64,000 nucleotides of DNA, from the UHGV virus genome UHGV-0363627. One strand, given 5' to 3'. The DNA is from a virus. Of this stretch, positions 9,886-20,435 are shown piece by piece. The notes under the pieces are model-generated. The model was not told the origin of the DNA. It did not search any database and was given only the letters and a program-made list of their open reading frames with translations. Made by a program: the position numbers and the translations under genes. Each line of letters starts with the position of its first letter. Within the stretch, counting starts at the first letter, position 1.

Positions 9886-11721
9886 ATGAGAAAGAATAAA
9901 ATTGTAAGACCGATTAATAGTAATAGCACTCTTACACCTAATATTGTTCGTGGCGGTAAAGCTATTGATTTAGGTAATAATATGTATTATATTACTGGAC
10001 GTAAACATACTAATGGTGGAGTTGATGTTGGAAAAGATTTAGAAGTTGAAGGTGGAGAAGTAATGCAGATGAAGCCTGATGAAGTAAGAGTGTTTAGTTC
10101 TGTTCCTTTCCTACGGGCAAGCTCTCCAGCACAATTAGTTCTTGGTGGTGCTAATCCTGATATTGTGTTTAATGCACAAGAAAATTTTAAAGATAAAAAT
10201 CGTATTAAAGATGATGGTACGAAATATAAAAATGGCGGCAATATGATAGCAACAATTAATGGTAATGTAAAAAATGGGCTTATCCACACTATGAGATGTG
10301 GCGATAGAAAGAAAGCTAAAGTTGGTACAGGTTTTAGAATAAATAATGATAAATATAAAATCGGAGATACTTTTGATTATAAAGAGCAAAAATATTATGT
10401 AAACGCAAGAAATGAAGCTGTACCTGTTTCAGCTGATTTATCTAAAGCTAATCCTTATGGTATTACAAATGCTATCAAAGCTGTTGATTGGTTAAAAACT
10501 CAAGAAAAATATATTCCTGACACAATTACTATATCAAATAAAGCTACAAGCAAACCTGCAAATAATACATCTGATACAAATACAATTAGTATTCCACAAT
10601 TAAATGTTGGTAATATTGGAACATATTTTTATAATCCTAAAACTACATCAACTGCTGCCAAAAGAACTGTTGGTTCAAATGCAAAATCGACTAATAATTT
10701 AGTCAAATCAATAGCTGATAATACTTCTTTAGCTGTTCCTTATACTCAACCTGATAAAATTTCTATTCCTAGATATACAAAAGATGTTTATAAAAGACCT
10801 TCTTTAGCTAGCATGGCAAAAGAAATAGAAGATGTTGATACAATTAATTTAGCAAGACAATATACAAAACCAAGTAGATTTAATAGATTTACTGATTGGT
10901 TTAATAACAATCTTGATAAAATTAATTTATATACTAATTTAGGAGGAAGTGCTATTGATTTTATTAGTAGTGCTATTATAAATAGTAAAATGCCGACTGT
11001 TGATTTACCAACAATGACTGCTCCTACTTTAGCTAATCTTCCTGAAATTCAACTTGCTGAAATAAAAGATTTGGAAGCTCCTGCTACTGTTGCCGCTGCT
11101 AAACTTAAAACTCGATATAATGTTAATCCTCAATTATCTAAAATTGAAGATGAAACTAGAAGAACTATGAATGAAATTGATAGAAATACTTCTAGTAGTA
11201 GAGTTGCATTAGCTAGAAAACAACGTGCCGCTATTCAATCGCAAGAAGCTAAAAATCAAGTTTATGGTCAGAAAGAAAATATTGAAACAGAATTGATGAA
11301 TAAAGATAGATTAAATACTCAGCAAGTTGCACAAGCTAATGCTGCTACTTATAATCAATTCTTAACAGCAAGAGCACAACAAGCAATGCAGAAAGCACAG
11401 TTGAAGATGATGGTTGATAGAGCTAATATTGGTAATAAACTTGCAGTAGACCAATTTAATGCAAATGCTAAGATGGCTACTGATAGATTTAATGCTGATA
11501 ACTTGATTAAAGAAATATTATTTAATACAAATGTTAGAACTAATCAATTAGGAAATTATGCAGCTGGTATTGGAAATCTGTTTAGTAATATTGGCGGAAG
11601 TCTTAATAATTATATGATAAATAGAAATGCTAGATTGCGTGATGAAGAAATGTTGCGTTCCCTACGGGCAAGATACAAAGAGATACCACAAGAAATAATA
11701 GATTATATATTAAATAAATAA
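9886..11721 (+). CDS. virion/cargo protein (611 aa)
   Basis: Long ORF with Q/A-rich coiled-coil C-terminal half. It contains two repeat copies in the LRAS frame (10108, 11658). Confidence 0.55.
   Translation: MRKNKIVRPINSNSTLTPNIVRGGKAIDLGNNMYYITGRKHTNGGVDVGKDLEVEGGEVMQMKPDEVRVFSSVPFLRASSPAQLVLGGANPDIVFNAQENFKDKNRIKDDGTKYKNGGNMIATINGNVKNGLIHTMRCGDRKKAKVGTGFRINNDKYKIGDTFDYKEQKYYVNARNEAVPVSADLSKANPYGITNAIKAVDWLKTQEKYIPDTITISNKATSKPANNTSDTNTISIPQLNVGNIGTYFYNPKTTSTAAKRTVGSNAKSTNNLVKSIADNTSLAVPYTQPDKISIPRYTKDVYKRPSLASMAKEIEDVDTINLARQYTKPSRFNRFTDWFNNNLDKINLYTNLGGSAIDFISSAIINSKMPTVDLPTMTAPTLANLPEIQLAEIKDLEAPATVAAAKLKTRYNVNPQLSKIEDETRRTMNEIDRNTSSSRVALARKQRAAIQSQEAKNQVYGQKENIETELMNKDRLNTQQVAQANAATYNQFLTARAQQAMQKAQLKMMVDRANIGNKLAVDQFNANAKMATDRFNADNLIKEILFNTNVRTNQLGNYAAGIGNLFSNIGGSLNNYMINRNARLRDEEMLRSLRARYKEIPQEIIDYILNK
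10108..10123 (+). repeat. 21-bp repeat copy 4 (TTCCTACGGGCAAGCT), in CDS frame LRAS
   Basis: PFLRASS. Confidence 0.65.
11658..11672 (+). repeat. 21-bp repeat copy 5, variant (..GGGCAAGAT), in CDS frame SLRAR
   Basis: gttCCCTACGGGCAAGat. Confidence 0.55.
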
Positions 11722-11723
11722 CT

Positions 11724-14372
11724 ATGGCTTTAAATACATTTAGATATAAAGATTATGCTTATAGTCCTAAACATAATCTAGAAGAAGTTGCTAATACTTA
11801 TAATTATTTGCAGCAAAGACATGATTTAGCTGTTGAAAAAGAAAATCTTATACAACAACAATTTGCTGCTTTAGACTTAAATAGTGCAGAAGATGAATGG
11901 CGTGCTAATAAAATGAATGAACTTCAGACAATGATAAATGATGCGTCAATAAATGGTTTTAAAGGATATGCATTAAATGATATTATAACAAAAGGAACAA
12001 AGATGCTTACTGGAGCTGATGTTCGTGGTAGATTAAAAGCACAACAACAATACAAACAATATATTGAAGATTTAGACAAAAGAACAGATTTGTCAAAAGA
12101 TTATAAAAACGTCTTTAAAGAAATAAATACTTATCGTTATCAAGATAAACTTGATGCTAATGGTAATGTTATTGGTGGTACAGATTGGAAACCAACAAAA
12201 GAAGCTGTATCAGAAATACCATTAATTAATATATTAAAAGGTGGTATAGAATTAGCGGCTAAAGATGCGGGTAGAAGTAATATTACAAGATTTTTAGATA
12301 AAAATGGAAAAGTAATAACAGACCCAACATCAGATAATATTTTTGATGGTCAAGTGTATAATACTACAACTAATCAATGGGAAAGTCTTGGTAGAGATAA
12401 AATAATGAAAGGCATACAAGCATATATTGAAACAACACCTGGAATTAAAGCTAGCCTTGAACAAGATTATGATGTAGCTATTTATAAACAAAAGAAATAT
12501 GGAGTTAATTCAGATGTTGAAGATAAGAATGGTGTTACTTTATCTCCTGAACAATATCTACAAAAAAGACTAGAACCAGGTATTCAAGCTGCTATATATA
12601 ATAGAAGTTATACAACTACTACTTATGGTAATGGTCTTGCAACTTATAAAGCTGCTTTAAAAGCTCAACAAGCATCCGCACAAAAACAATTACAAGACCC
12701 TTATAGATTACCTGGATATAGTACAGAAGGTACTCCTATTACTATTAATTATGATTATGCTGCAAATCTTCAAACAGATAAACAAAATTCTACAGCTAAA
12801 TTGAATGAAATAGTAAAAACAATAACAGGTGAAGGTGTTAAACAAGATATGTCTAATGCTACTTCTGCTGATTGGAAGAATTTAATAGAAACAACTGTTG
12901 CTAATAGTAATTTAACTCCTGCTGAAAAATCTAAATTAATATTAGAAAGTAGAAAAGCTATTCGTAAACTAGAAGAAGCTAATATTAATTATAGAGAATT
13001 AACAAAAGGTTTAGGAGAAGAAGATGAATCATCAATAAGATTTATTTCTAAAGTAAATGGAGGCGCTGATATTGATGCAACAACTTCTGAAGGTAAACAA
13101 ATTACAAACAAAATTAATTCTATATATGGTGATAATGGTAGATATTTAAGAATTACAACCGATAGTGATAATTTTTATACTAATTTGAAAAATACATTAT
13201 CAGGTAATACAACAAATGGATTAAAAGAATTAGGGTATAGAACAGGTATAGATAGTGCTGGTAATAAATATATTGAACTAGATAAAAATAATTATAATCA
13301 AATTGTTGCGTTTGCTTCTGCTATAAAGGAAAGCAAAGATAGAATGAGTTTTGGCGAAATGTTGTTTGACGATGTTCATTATAATGTATTAGATGAAAAT
13401 GGTAATGCAATAACAAGAAATGGTGGTACAAATTATAATGATAAATATGCAGTTCCATTATTAATGAATGATATATCTAATATATATGAAACAGCTAATA
13501 ATAATGTAAAACGTAGGTTTGCTGATATTGCTCCTCAACAAATTACTATATCTAATGAAAATCTTCCTTATCAAACTTTTACTGAACAGAAGTTATTACA
13601 TGATTATACTTTAGGCAAGATTGATGAACAACAATATAATCTTTATGATAAACAATTAAAAGCTGATTTGGAAAATAAACTTATTAGTGCTAATTATCCT
13701 CAAGTAAATATATTTACAACCGAAGATACTGATGGTGCTGGAACATTAAGTAGAGAAATAGAAAGCGAAGAAAGATTAGAAGTAGGAAAATTAATTAAAG
13801 CAGCTGTAGGCGCTGGTAGATATAAAGCAAGTGCTGGACATAATGCTGTTCATGGTAATGGTACAAATATTACAATATATGCAGCAACTGACCAAGATGG
13901 AACACCTAAAGGAGATGCTCAAACATTCTTTATTCCTGGTCTTATATTAGAACAAGCCGCTACTGAATTTGATAATAGTCCTAAAACAATTGCATCAGAT
14001 AAGATTGCTTTAGGTAATGAAACTAATAGAAAAATATATTTAACAAGTTCTATTGAAACTCCAACATTAGGTGGACAAACTATAGATTGTTTAGGTAATA
14101 ATCAATTTGTTTATAAAACAGATACAGGAACTTATCCTATTTCTAGAAAAGCTGCTGTTGATATTGTCGAAAGTATTGAAAATTATCATCAAATAAAAGA
14201 TAATTTAATATCTGGAGATATATATCAAGATACAAATTATTCAGTTGATGAAATTAATGATGCAATAAAACAACAAATAAAGAATATTGCTTCTAAAATA
14301 GCAACATCTTATGGTAGACCTAATGATTATGAATATATTAAAACGTCTTTATTAAATGATTTAAAAGAATAA
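11724..14372 (+). CDS. large virion/cargo protein (882 aa)
   Basis: Intact ORF directly upstream of the two giant ORFs. crAss-like phages place cargo or ejection proteins at this position. Confidence 0.55.
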   Translation: MALNTFRYKDYAYSPKHNLEEVANTYNYLQQRHDLAVEKENLIQQQFAALDLNSAEDEWRANKMNELQTMINDASINGFKGYALNDIITKGTKMLTGADVRGRLKAQQQYKQYIEDLDKRTDLSKDYKNVFKEINTYRYQDKLDANGNVIGGTDWKPTKEAVSEIPLINILKGGIELAAKDAGRSNITRFLDKNGKVITDPTSDNIFDGQVYNTTTNQWESLGRDKIMKGIQAYIETTPGIKASLEQDYDVAIYKQKKYGVNSDVEDKNGVTLSPEQYLQKRLEPGIQAAIYNRSYTTTTYGNGLATYKAALKAQQASAQKQLQDPYRLPGYSTEGTPITINYDYAANLQTDKQNSTAKLNEIVKTITGEGVKQDMSNATSADWKNLIETTVANSNLTPAEKSKLILESRKAIRKLEEANINYRELTKGLGEEDESSIRFISKVNGGADIDATTSEGKQITNKINSIYGDNGRYLRITTDSDNFYTNLKNTLSGNTTNGLKELGYRTGIDSAGNKYIELDKNNYNQIVAFASAIKESKDRMSFGEMLFDDVHYNVLDENGNAITRNGGTNYNDKYAVPLLMNDISNIYETANNNVKRRFADIAPQQITISNENLPYQTFTEQKLLHDYTLGKIDEQQYNLYDKQLKADLENKLISANYPQVNIFTTEDTDGAGTLSREIESEERLEVGKLIKAAVGAGRYKASAGHNAVHGNGTNITIYAATDQDGTPKGDAQTFFIPGLILEQAATEFDNSPKTIASDKIALGNETNRKIYLTSSIETPTLGGQTIDCLGNNQFVYKTDTGTYPISRKAAVDIVESIENYHQIKDNLISGDIYQDTNYSVDEINDAIKQQIKNIASKIATSYGRPNDYEYIKTSLLNDLKE

Positions 14373-14376
14373 GATT

Positions 14377-17300
14377 ATGAACATAATAGATATTATCAAA
14401 GGTAAAGATAAAAGACCTAATCCAGAATATAATCCTAAAACTAAAAAGGGGGCTTTAGAGCCTCCTTCTATTGTTAATACAGATTATAATAAACGCGATG
14501 ACTTTGCATCCAATATATTAGAAAATGTTATACCTAATCAATATGGACTTAGTTATTTAGGTGACCCAACTAAATATGCTGAATACGATGTAACTGTTAA
14601 TCCTGTTAATACAAAAGAAGAATTAGATAAAGAACGTGCTAATAATCAATCTGTATTTGAACAAGGAATGTATTCTATTGGTCAAACATTGAATGAAATA
14701 ACAACAGGAACTATATTAGGTGCTGCTGATTTAGCTTCTATATTAATAGATGTAATGGATGGAGATTTATCTTATGAAAGACCTGATATTATTCAATCAT
14801 TAGCTGATTTTAAAGAATCTATTAATGAGCAAATGCCGATATATAGAGAAGACCCAACTAAAGCATTTGATGTTACTGATTTTGCATGGTGGGCTAGTAA
14901 TGCTCCAAGTATAGCTAGTAGTTTAACTTTAATGCTTCCTGGTGTTGGTGTTAGTAAAGGATTATCTAAAGTTGGTAGTTTGCTTAATATAAATAAAGCT
15001 AGTAATAAATTAGCAAATGTATTGAAATTATCAGAGAAAACTAGAGAACTTGCAGCTAAAGGTATAGATGCTACTAAAACTGGTATTACAATGCGTATGT
15101 TGGAAAACTATCAAGAATCTAATCAAACTAGTAAAAATGCTTATGACTATGCTATTAAAGAACTTAATAGTATGGATGCTAAGCAACGTGCTGAATTTGA
15201 TAAAAATAATCCAGAATATGCAAATAAAACAAATGAAGAAATAGCAAAAGATATAGCAAATAATGCAGGAGATGAAGCATTTGATTTTAATCTATGGAAT
15301 ACTATGTTTGATATAGCACAAGTATATGGATTAAAGAATATGTGGTCGAAAGCATTACAAGGTAGTAATACTAGAAGATTACAAAAACTTAACAAAGCTG
15401 CTGCTGCAAAATTTGGTGATGAAGCTGCTGTTATACAAGAAGCAATAGCTAAAACTACTTTTAAAGATAAAGCAATAGATAAAATAAAAGACATTGGTTA
15501 TGGTATCGCAACAGGTACTCGTAACGAATGGACAGAAGGTATAGAAGAAGTTATAAACTATATCGGTAGTGAAAAAGGTATGGAATTAGCTAAACTTGCT
15601 TTTGATAAAGACACTGATGTTAAGACTGTTAAAGATTATCTTAAAGACCCGATGATGTGGGAGTCAGCTTTTTGGGGCGTTATTGGTGGTGTAGTATTTA
15701 GTGGTGCTGCTGATGCTGCTGGTGAATTTATTCAAAGAAAACTAAATAAAGAATGGACAAATGCTGAAGATAAAAAGAAACAAGAAATACTAAATAGACA
15801 ATTACATTTCCAAAGATACAATGAAGCTATTAATAGCATTAATCAAAATAAAAATCCTTATATAACAATTAAAGATGCGGAAGGAAATCAAGTCGCTGCT
15901 GATATTACCAATGATACAGAACGTCAAGAACTAGAAAAACTTGCTCGTGATTCTTATTTTGATGGAATGATAATAGATGCTATTGATAATGGCAATCTTG
16001 AATTATTGGAAGAATTTGCTAGAGATGAAAATATAACAAAAGGATTTAAAGAAAAACTTAATCTTAAAGATAATGAAGCACTAGAATTACAAAAGCAGTT
16101 TATTGAAAGACTTGATAATACAAAAGAATTATATTTGAATGTATTTGATAAAGTAAATAAAGTTGGTGGCAATTTTGATATTAGTCGTATTATAGCAAGA
16201 CAATTAGTAGAAGAAAATAATAAAAAACAATTATATGATACATTGAAATTATATAATGATAATTTATATAACAAAGTAATGGCTGATGATAATATAAATA
16301 TTAGTCAAGAAGATATTTCTGCTATTGAAAAACTTGTTTATAGAAATAGAATACGTGCTATTGAAAATAAACTATTTAATATAAGAACTGATGCTAATTT
16401 ATCAAAAAGAGAAAAGAAACAATTACTAGATGAATTAGAAAATCAAAAGAAACAATTAGAAGAAATACAACCAGCTGGTTTATATGATGAAAATGGTGTT
16501 GTAAACGACAAACAAATAATTGATACTGCAAAGAAAGTTCGTGATAATTATTCTGATGAATTTAATACTATATATGGAAAGTTTGATAATGACTTGAATT
16601 ATAGATTGAATGAAAAGAGTGTTGATTTGACAGAGCCAGCTTTAAAGAAAAGAGTAATAGAACTTAGAAATGTTCTTGATGAAAGTAGAAGAAAAATTAT
16701 AAATAATGCTATTAAAACTCAAAATGATTTATATAGAAAATATAGAGATAATTTTGATGTTGCTAATATGGAAGAAAAAGATGTAGATGCTTATAATACA
16801 TCTTTGAAAGTTTTACAAGAAGCTGAATATGATTTAAATAATCTTGAATTACAAAGAGAGTTTATTGATGAAGAGTTAGATAGACAAGCTGCTTATGAAG
16901 AAACTGTAGATAAAAATGATGATGTACCAGAGTTAGAGGGCAAGCCTGTTGATGATGATGGCATCTCCTCTACGGGCAAGCTAGAAGGAGATATAACAAC
17001 TGATACATCAAAAACTCCTGAAGTTGCTACGACACCTGAAGTTGCTCCAGTTGCTACAGATACTAAAGATGATAATGCTAGCGGTAGCTTGCCCGTAGAG
17101 GATAATGCTACTACAGCTACAGCCGAGCCAACTCTTAATCTTGCTGAATTAAGTGAAAATGAATTATATGATGCTGCTGCTGAAGAATTATATAATCAAC
17201 TAGATAGTATTGCTGCTACAACTAATGTTAATATTGATGAATTGAATGATGATGAATTTGCTCAATTTGCTAATAACAATAAAGAAGCAATATTGACTAA

Positions 17301-20300
17301 GTTGTCAGAATTAGGATTTAGTAAAGAAGTAGTAGATAATACATGGACAAATACTATTAGTGCTTTTACTGATGATTTAGCTATATTTGGTGATGATAAT
17401 CAGTTACAAAGTGCTATATCAGAAAGTGATAGAGTTCTATTGAAAAATGCTACATTGTCTATTATTAAGAAAAAACCGAATAAGAAACAACGACATATAA
17501 TTGCTATATTAGAAGAATTTGCTAAAAAACAAGCTGATAATGGTAAAACTTATGGTCGTACTATAAAAGGTAAAACTTATATTAATGCTGATACTTTAAC
17601 ACAATATATTTATAATTTATCAAATAATAGATTGGTAGCAGAGTTTCTATATGATGAAATTAAATCATTTATATATAGTAAATATAATACAGAATATGTA
17701 TTAACTGATAATGATACAATATTAAATCTTAGTAAAGAGCAATATAAAAATAGATTATTAACATTAACAAGTAGAGAAAAGGCTAAACTTGAAGAATATA
17801 TTCCAAATAATGCTAATATTGATGATACTGATTTTGAAACTATAACAAAATTAAATTTTGGCGATGAATTAGAATATGAATATGATACTTATCTTGGTAG
17901 AATTATATTAAGAAAAGATGGAAATTTTGTTGGTTATCTTGGTGTACCACAAGTAGATAACGAAGGAGTTTATAGAACTACTAATGAAGGTTGGTTATAT
18001 GATATTACTTTAAATGAAAGTTTTGCTAAGAGTAAATTAAAAGACTTTATATTAAAAGTATTTACTGAACCAACTGAAGATTTAGAATCTGCTTTAAGAG
18101 AATTTGCTTTTTCTAGAAATAAAAAAGATGATGTTAAGATTTATCGTGACCAGATATTTACAGAATTATCTAGTTATCCAGAATTTATTAATTTTAGACA
18201 AACATTAAGTGAAAATGAAGAAGAATCAGAAAAGCAAATAGAAACTATTGTAATGCATATTGGTAAACTTTATGCTAGAGTTGCAGCAGATAATTTTAAT
18301 ATAGAAGAAAGTATAAATAATTGGTTTAATAAATTAGCTAATAGTTATGCTCAAGCACACGTTGTTGCAACGAAAAAAGCTAAAGGTAAATTTGTTATTG
18401 ATAAATTATATAAAGGGACTATTAATTTATCTGACCCAAAAGATAAATCTAAATTGAATAATATAACAAAAGTAATAGATGATTATGATGAAGATAAATA
18501 TCCATTAGTTACAATTACTAAACCTAATAATCTACAATCTGCTAATTCTCTTGTTCCAAATATTGTTAATGGTTATCCTATTGTTGGTATGACAATGATA
18601 GCTATACCTAGAGAGAATGGACAAACTAGTTATGCTTATTGTTATCAAAAAGAATTATCAAGTAATGATATTAGTCCATTCGGTAAACAATTAATAGATG
18701 CTGCACAAGAAGAGTTAAAGAACATTATTGCTAGATTTATATCAGATAATACTTATAGTTTTAAACAATTCTCTAATGATGTATTTGCTTTAACAGGCAA
18801 TAGCGGTTTAATTAATATAAATGTAAAGCCTGGTAAAAGAGGTAATAGTATTGGTTTTCAAACTAAAGATAATAAATGGTTGTTTAGCATTTATGATGAT
18901 GCTAGTGGTAGAAAATTACAAATAAATAGTATTGAAGATGTAAAATATAATATTACTGATAAAGCTCGTGGTGCAACAATAAGAACTATCAATGATGAAT
19001 ATATTCAAAATGAATTAAAGAAGAATATTGATAATTTATTTGCAAATGCTACAATTGGTATTCCATTTAGTTTTATAAACGATAAAGTTAAAATACCTGT
19101 TGCTACAAAATATTATAAAAGAGAAAATGGTAAAACAATAATATCTGTCGGCAAAGTTAGTAAAGAATTTAATAGTTATCAAGATTTTCTTGTTAGTAAT
19201 AATTTTCTTTCAACTAATCTACAGAATTTACCAAAAAATAAAGATAATACTATAAGTGGTATATTTCATAAAACTAATTTGACAACAGTTCAAGTTGTAT
19301 TTAAAGCAGATGAAACAAGTTGGGTTAATACAGCTAATTTATTAGATGACAAAGTTAATGCAGAATTTGTTATTAAACAATTAGCTATTAATAAAACTAA
19401 TAATGCTTTACGTGAAATGTTTCGTAATAACAATGAAGTGTTGGAATATATTGAAGCATTAGAACGTATTGGTATATTACCAGAAGTTATTAATATTGAT
19501 AATATAATTGATACAGAAGCAAAACCTATATATGCTTTGTATGATATTAATACAAAAGAAATTACTTTAAATAGTAATCGTATTGGTAATATGAATTATG
19601 GTAGATTGATTAGAACTATTATTCATGAAAGTCTGCATAAACAACTTGATACAGTTTATAATAAAGAAAAAGCATTAAATACTATTGAAGATATATATAA
19701 TAGATATAAACAATATGTTGAAGAATTAGAAAAGAAAGAACCTAATAATGAAGATTTACCATATCTAAAACAATTTATTGATATAAGTCAAGATAGAGAT
19801 ATTAATCTTGAAGAATTTCTTGTTGAGTCTTTAACTAATAGAGATTTGATGTCAGCTTTAAATAAGATACCAGCAAGTAGTAGATTTAAAGATAAAGTAA
19901 AGAATTTATTTCAAGAATTATTACTTGTAATAGCAGATATGCTTGGCATTGAAATTGATAGAAATTCTTTGTTATATAGAGAAATGATGTTGCTTAATAA
20001 AATAACTAAAGGTAGAAGTAAAAGAACACAACCTAAAAAAGTTATTCAAACAACATTAGATTTTAAAGATGAACAAGATGTAAATAAAGTTGAAGAAGAA
20101 AAACAAGAAGTAATAAATACTAATAATGTGCAAGAAGATAATAATATTGAAGATAATTTTGCTGATGATAGATTTGCATTTAGTTCTATTGATGAACGAC
20201 AAATAACAAATTTCAATTCTGTTGTCAATAACATTTCACCAGCATTGCAAGTCACTGCACGCCAAATGCTGACCACTGGCGAACTTTCTATATATTGTAT

Positions 20301-20304
20301 GTAG
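14377..20304 (+). CDS. giant virion cargo protein (1975 aa) with HExxH zincin-like motif
   Basis: 5.9-kb ORF with HESLH near 19621-19640 (TIIHESLHKQLD). It contains an inverted repeat pair (16967 and 17086) in frame. Confidence 0.6.
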   Translation: MNIIDIIKGKDKRPNPEYNPKTKKGALEPPSIVNTDYNKRDDFASNILENVIPNQYGLSYLGDPTKYAEYDVTVNPVNTKEELDKERANNQSVFEQGMYSIGQTLNEITTGTILGAADLASILIDVMDGDLSYERPDIIQSLADFKESINEQMPIYREDPTKAFDVTDFAWWASNAPSIASSLTLMLPGVGVSKGLSKVGSLLNINKASNKLANVLKLSEKTRELAAKGIDATKTGITMRMLENYQESNQTSKNAYDYAIKELNSMDAKQRAEFDKNNPEYANKTNEEIAKDIANNAGDEAFDFNLWNTMFDIAQVYGLKNMWSKALQGSNTRRLQKLNKAAAAKFGDEAAVIQEAIAKTTFKDKAIDKIKDIGYGIATGTRNEWTEGIEEVINYIGSEKGMELAKLAFDKDTDVKTVKDYLKDPMMWESAFWGVIGGVVFSGAADAAGEFIQRKLNKEWTNAEDKKKQEILNRQLHFQRYNEAINSINQNKNPYITIKDAEGNQVAADITNDTERQELEKLARDSYFDGMIIDAIDNGNLELLEEFARDENITKGFKEKLNLKDNEALELQKQFIERLDNTKELYLNVFDKVNKVGGNFDISRIIARQLVEENNKKQLYDTLKLYNDNLYNKVMADDNINISQEDISAIEKLVYRNRIRAIENKLFNIRTDANLSKREKKQLLDELENQKKQLEEIQPAGLYDENGVVNDKQIIDTAKKVRDNYSDEFNTIYGKFDNDLNYRLNEKSVDLTEPALKKRVIELRNVLDESRRKIINNAIKTQNDLYRKYRDNFDVANMEEKDVDAYNTSLKVLQEAEYDLNNLELQREFIDEELDRQAAYEETVDKNDDVPELEGKPVDDDGISSTGKLEGDITTDTSKTPEVATTPEVAPVATDTKDDNASGSLPVEDNATTATAEPTLNLAELSENELYDAAAEELYNQLDSIAATTNVNIDELNDDEFAQFANNNKEAILTKLSELGFSKEVVDNTWTNTISAFTDDLAIFGDDNQLQSAISESDRVLLKNATLSIIKKKPNKKQRHIIAILEEFAKKQADNGKTYGRTIKGKTYINADTLTQYIYNLSNNRLVAEFLYDEIKSFIYSKYNTEYVLTDNDTILNLSKEQYKNRLLTLTSREKAKLEEYIPNNANIDDTDFETITKLNFGDELEYEYDTYLGRIILRKDGNFVGYLGVPQVDNEGVYRTTNEGWLYDITLNESFAKSKLKDFILKVFTEPTEDLESALREFAFSRNKKDDVKIYRDQIFTELSSYPEFINFRQTLSENEEESEKQIETIVMHIGKLYARVAADNFNIEESINNWFNKLANSYAQAHVVATKKAKGKFVIDKLYKGTINLSDPKDKSKLNNITKVIDDYDEDKYPLVTITKPNNLQSANSLVPNIVNGYPIVGMTMIAIPRENGQTSYAYCYQKELSSNDISPFGKQLIDAAQEELKNIIARFISDNTYSFKQFSNDVFALTGNSGLININVKPGKRGNSIGFQTKDNKWLFSIYDDASGRKLQINSIEDVKYNITDKARGATIRTINDEYIQNELKKNIDNLFANATIGIPFSFINDKVKIPVATKYYKRENGKTIISVGKVSKEFNSYQDFLVSNNFLSTNLQNLPKNKDNTISGIFHKTNLTTVQVVFKADETSWVNTANLLDDKVNAEFVIKQLAINKTNNALREMFRNNNEVLEYIEALERIGILPEVINIDNIIDTEAKPIYALYDINTKEITLNSNRIGNMNYGRLIRTIIHESLHKQLDTVYNKEKALNTIEDIYNRYKQYVEELEKKEPNNEDLPYLKQFIDISQDRDINLEEFLVESLTNRDLMSALNKIPASSRFKDKVKNLFQELLLVIADMLGIEIDRNSLLYREMMLLNKITKGRSKRTQPKKVIQTTLDFKDEQDVNKVEEEKQEVINTNNVQEDNNIEDNFADDRFAFSSIDERQITNFNSVVNNISPALQVTARQMLTTGELSIYCM
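16967..16982 (+). repeat. 21-bp repeat copy 6, in 1975-aa CDS (SSTGKL)
   Basis: catctCCTCTACGGGCAAGCTa. Confidence 0.7.
17086..17101 (-). repeat. 21-bp repeat copy 7, inverted partner ~100 bp from copy 6 (SLPVED)
   Basis: tAGCTTGCCCGTAGAGGataatg. Confidence 0.7.
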
Positions 20305-20323
20305 TATGTATCGGATTTCGATA

Positions 20324-20348
20324 AAAGTCCGTCAGACAGCCTAAAAAT
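20324..20348 (+). promoter_or_regulatory. conserved intergenic motif AAAGTCCGTCAGACAGCCTAAAAAT (copy B), ~90 nt upstream of the giant RNAP gene
   Basis: See copy A. Confidence 0.45.
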
Positions 20349-20399
20349 CATGTTCTGACAAGGCATCAATTTTTCAATTTGTCATAGTCAGAACATGAT
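20347..20399 (+). promoter_or_regulatory. perfect 13-bp-stem hairpin (ATCATGTTCTGAC ... GTCAGAACATGAT, 27-nt loop) in the RNAP gene leader
   Basis: Read directly: arms at 20347-20359 and 20387-20399. Confidence 0.5.
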
Positions 20400-20435
20400 A
20401 TTGTTATTAATATTATTAATTAAATACTTACTAAT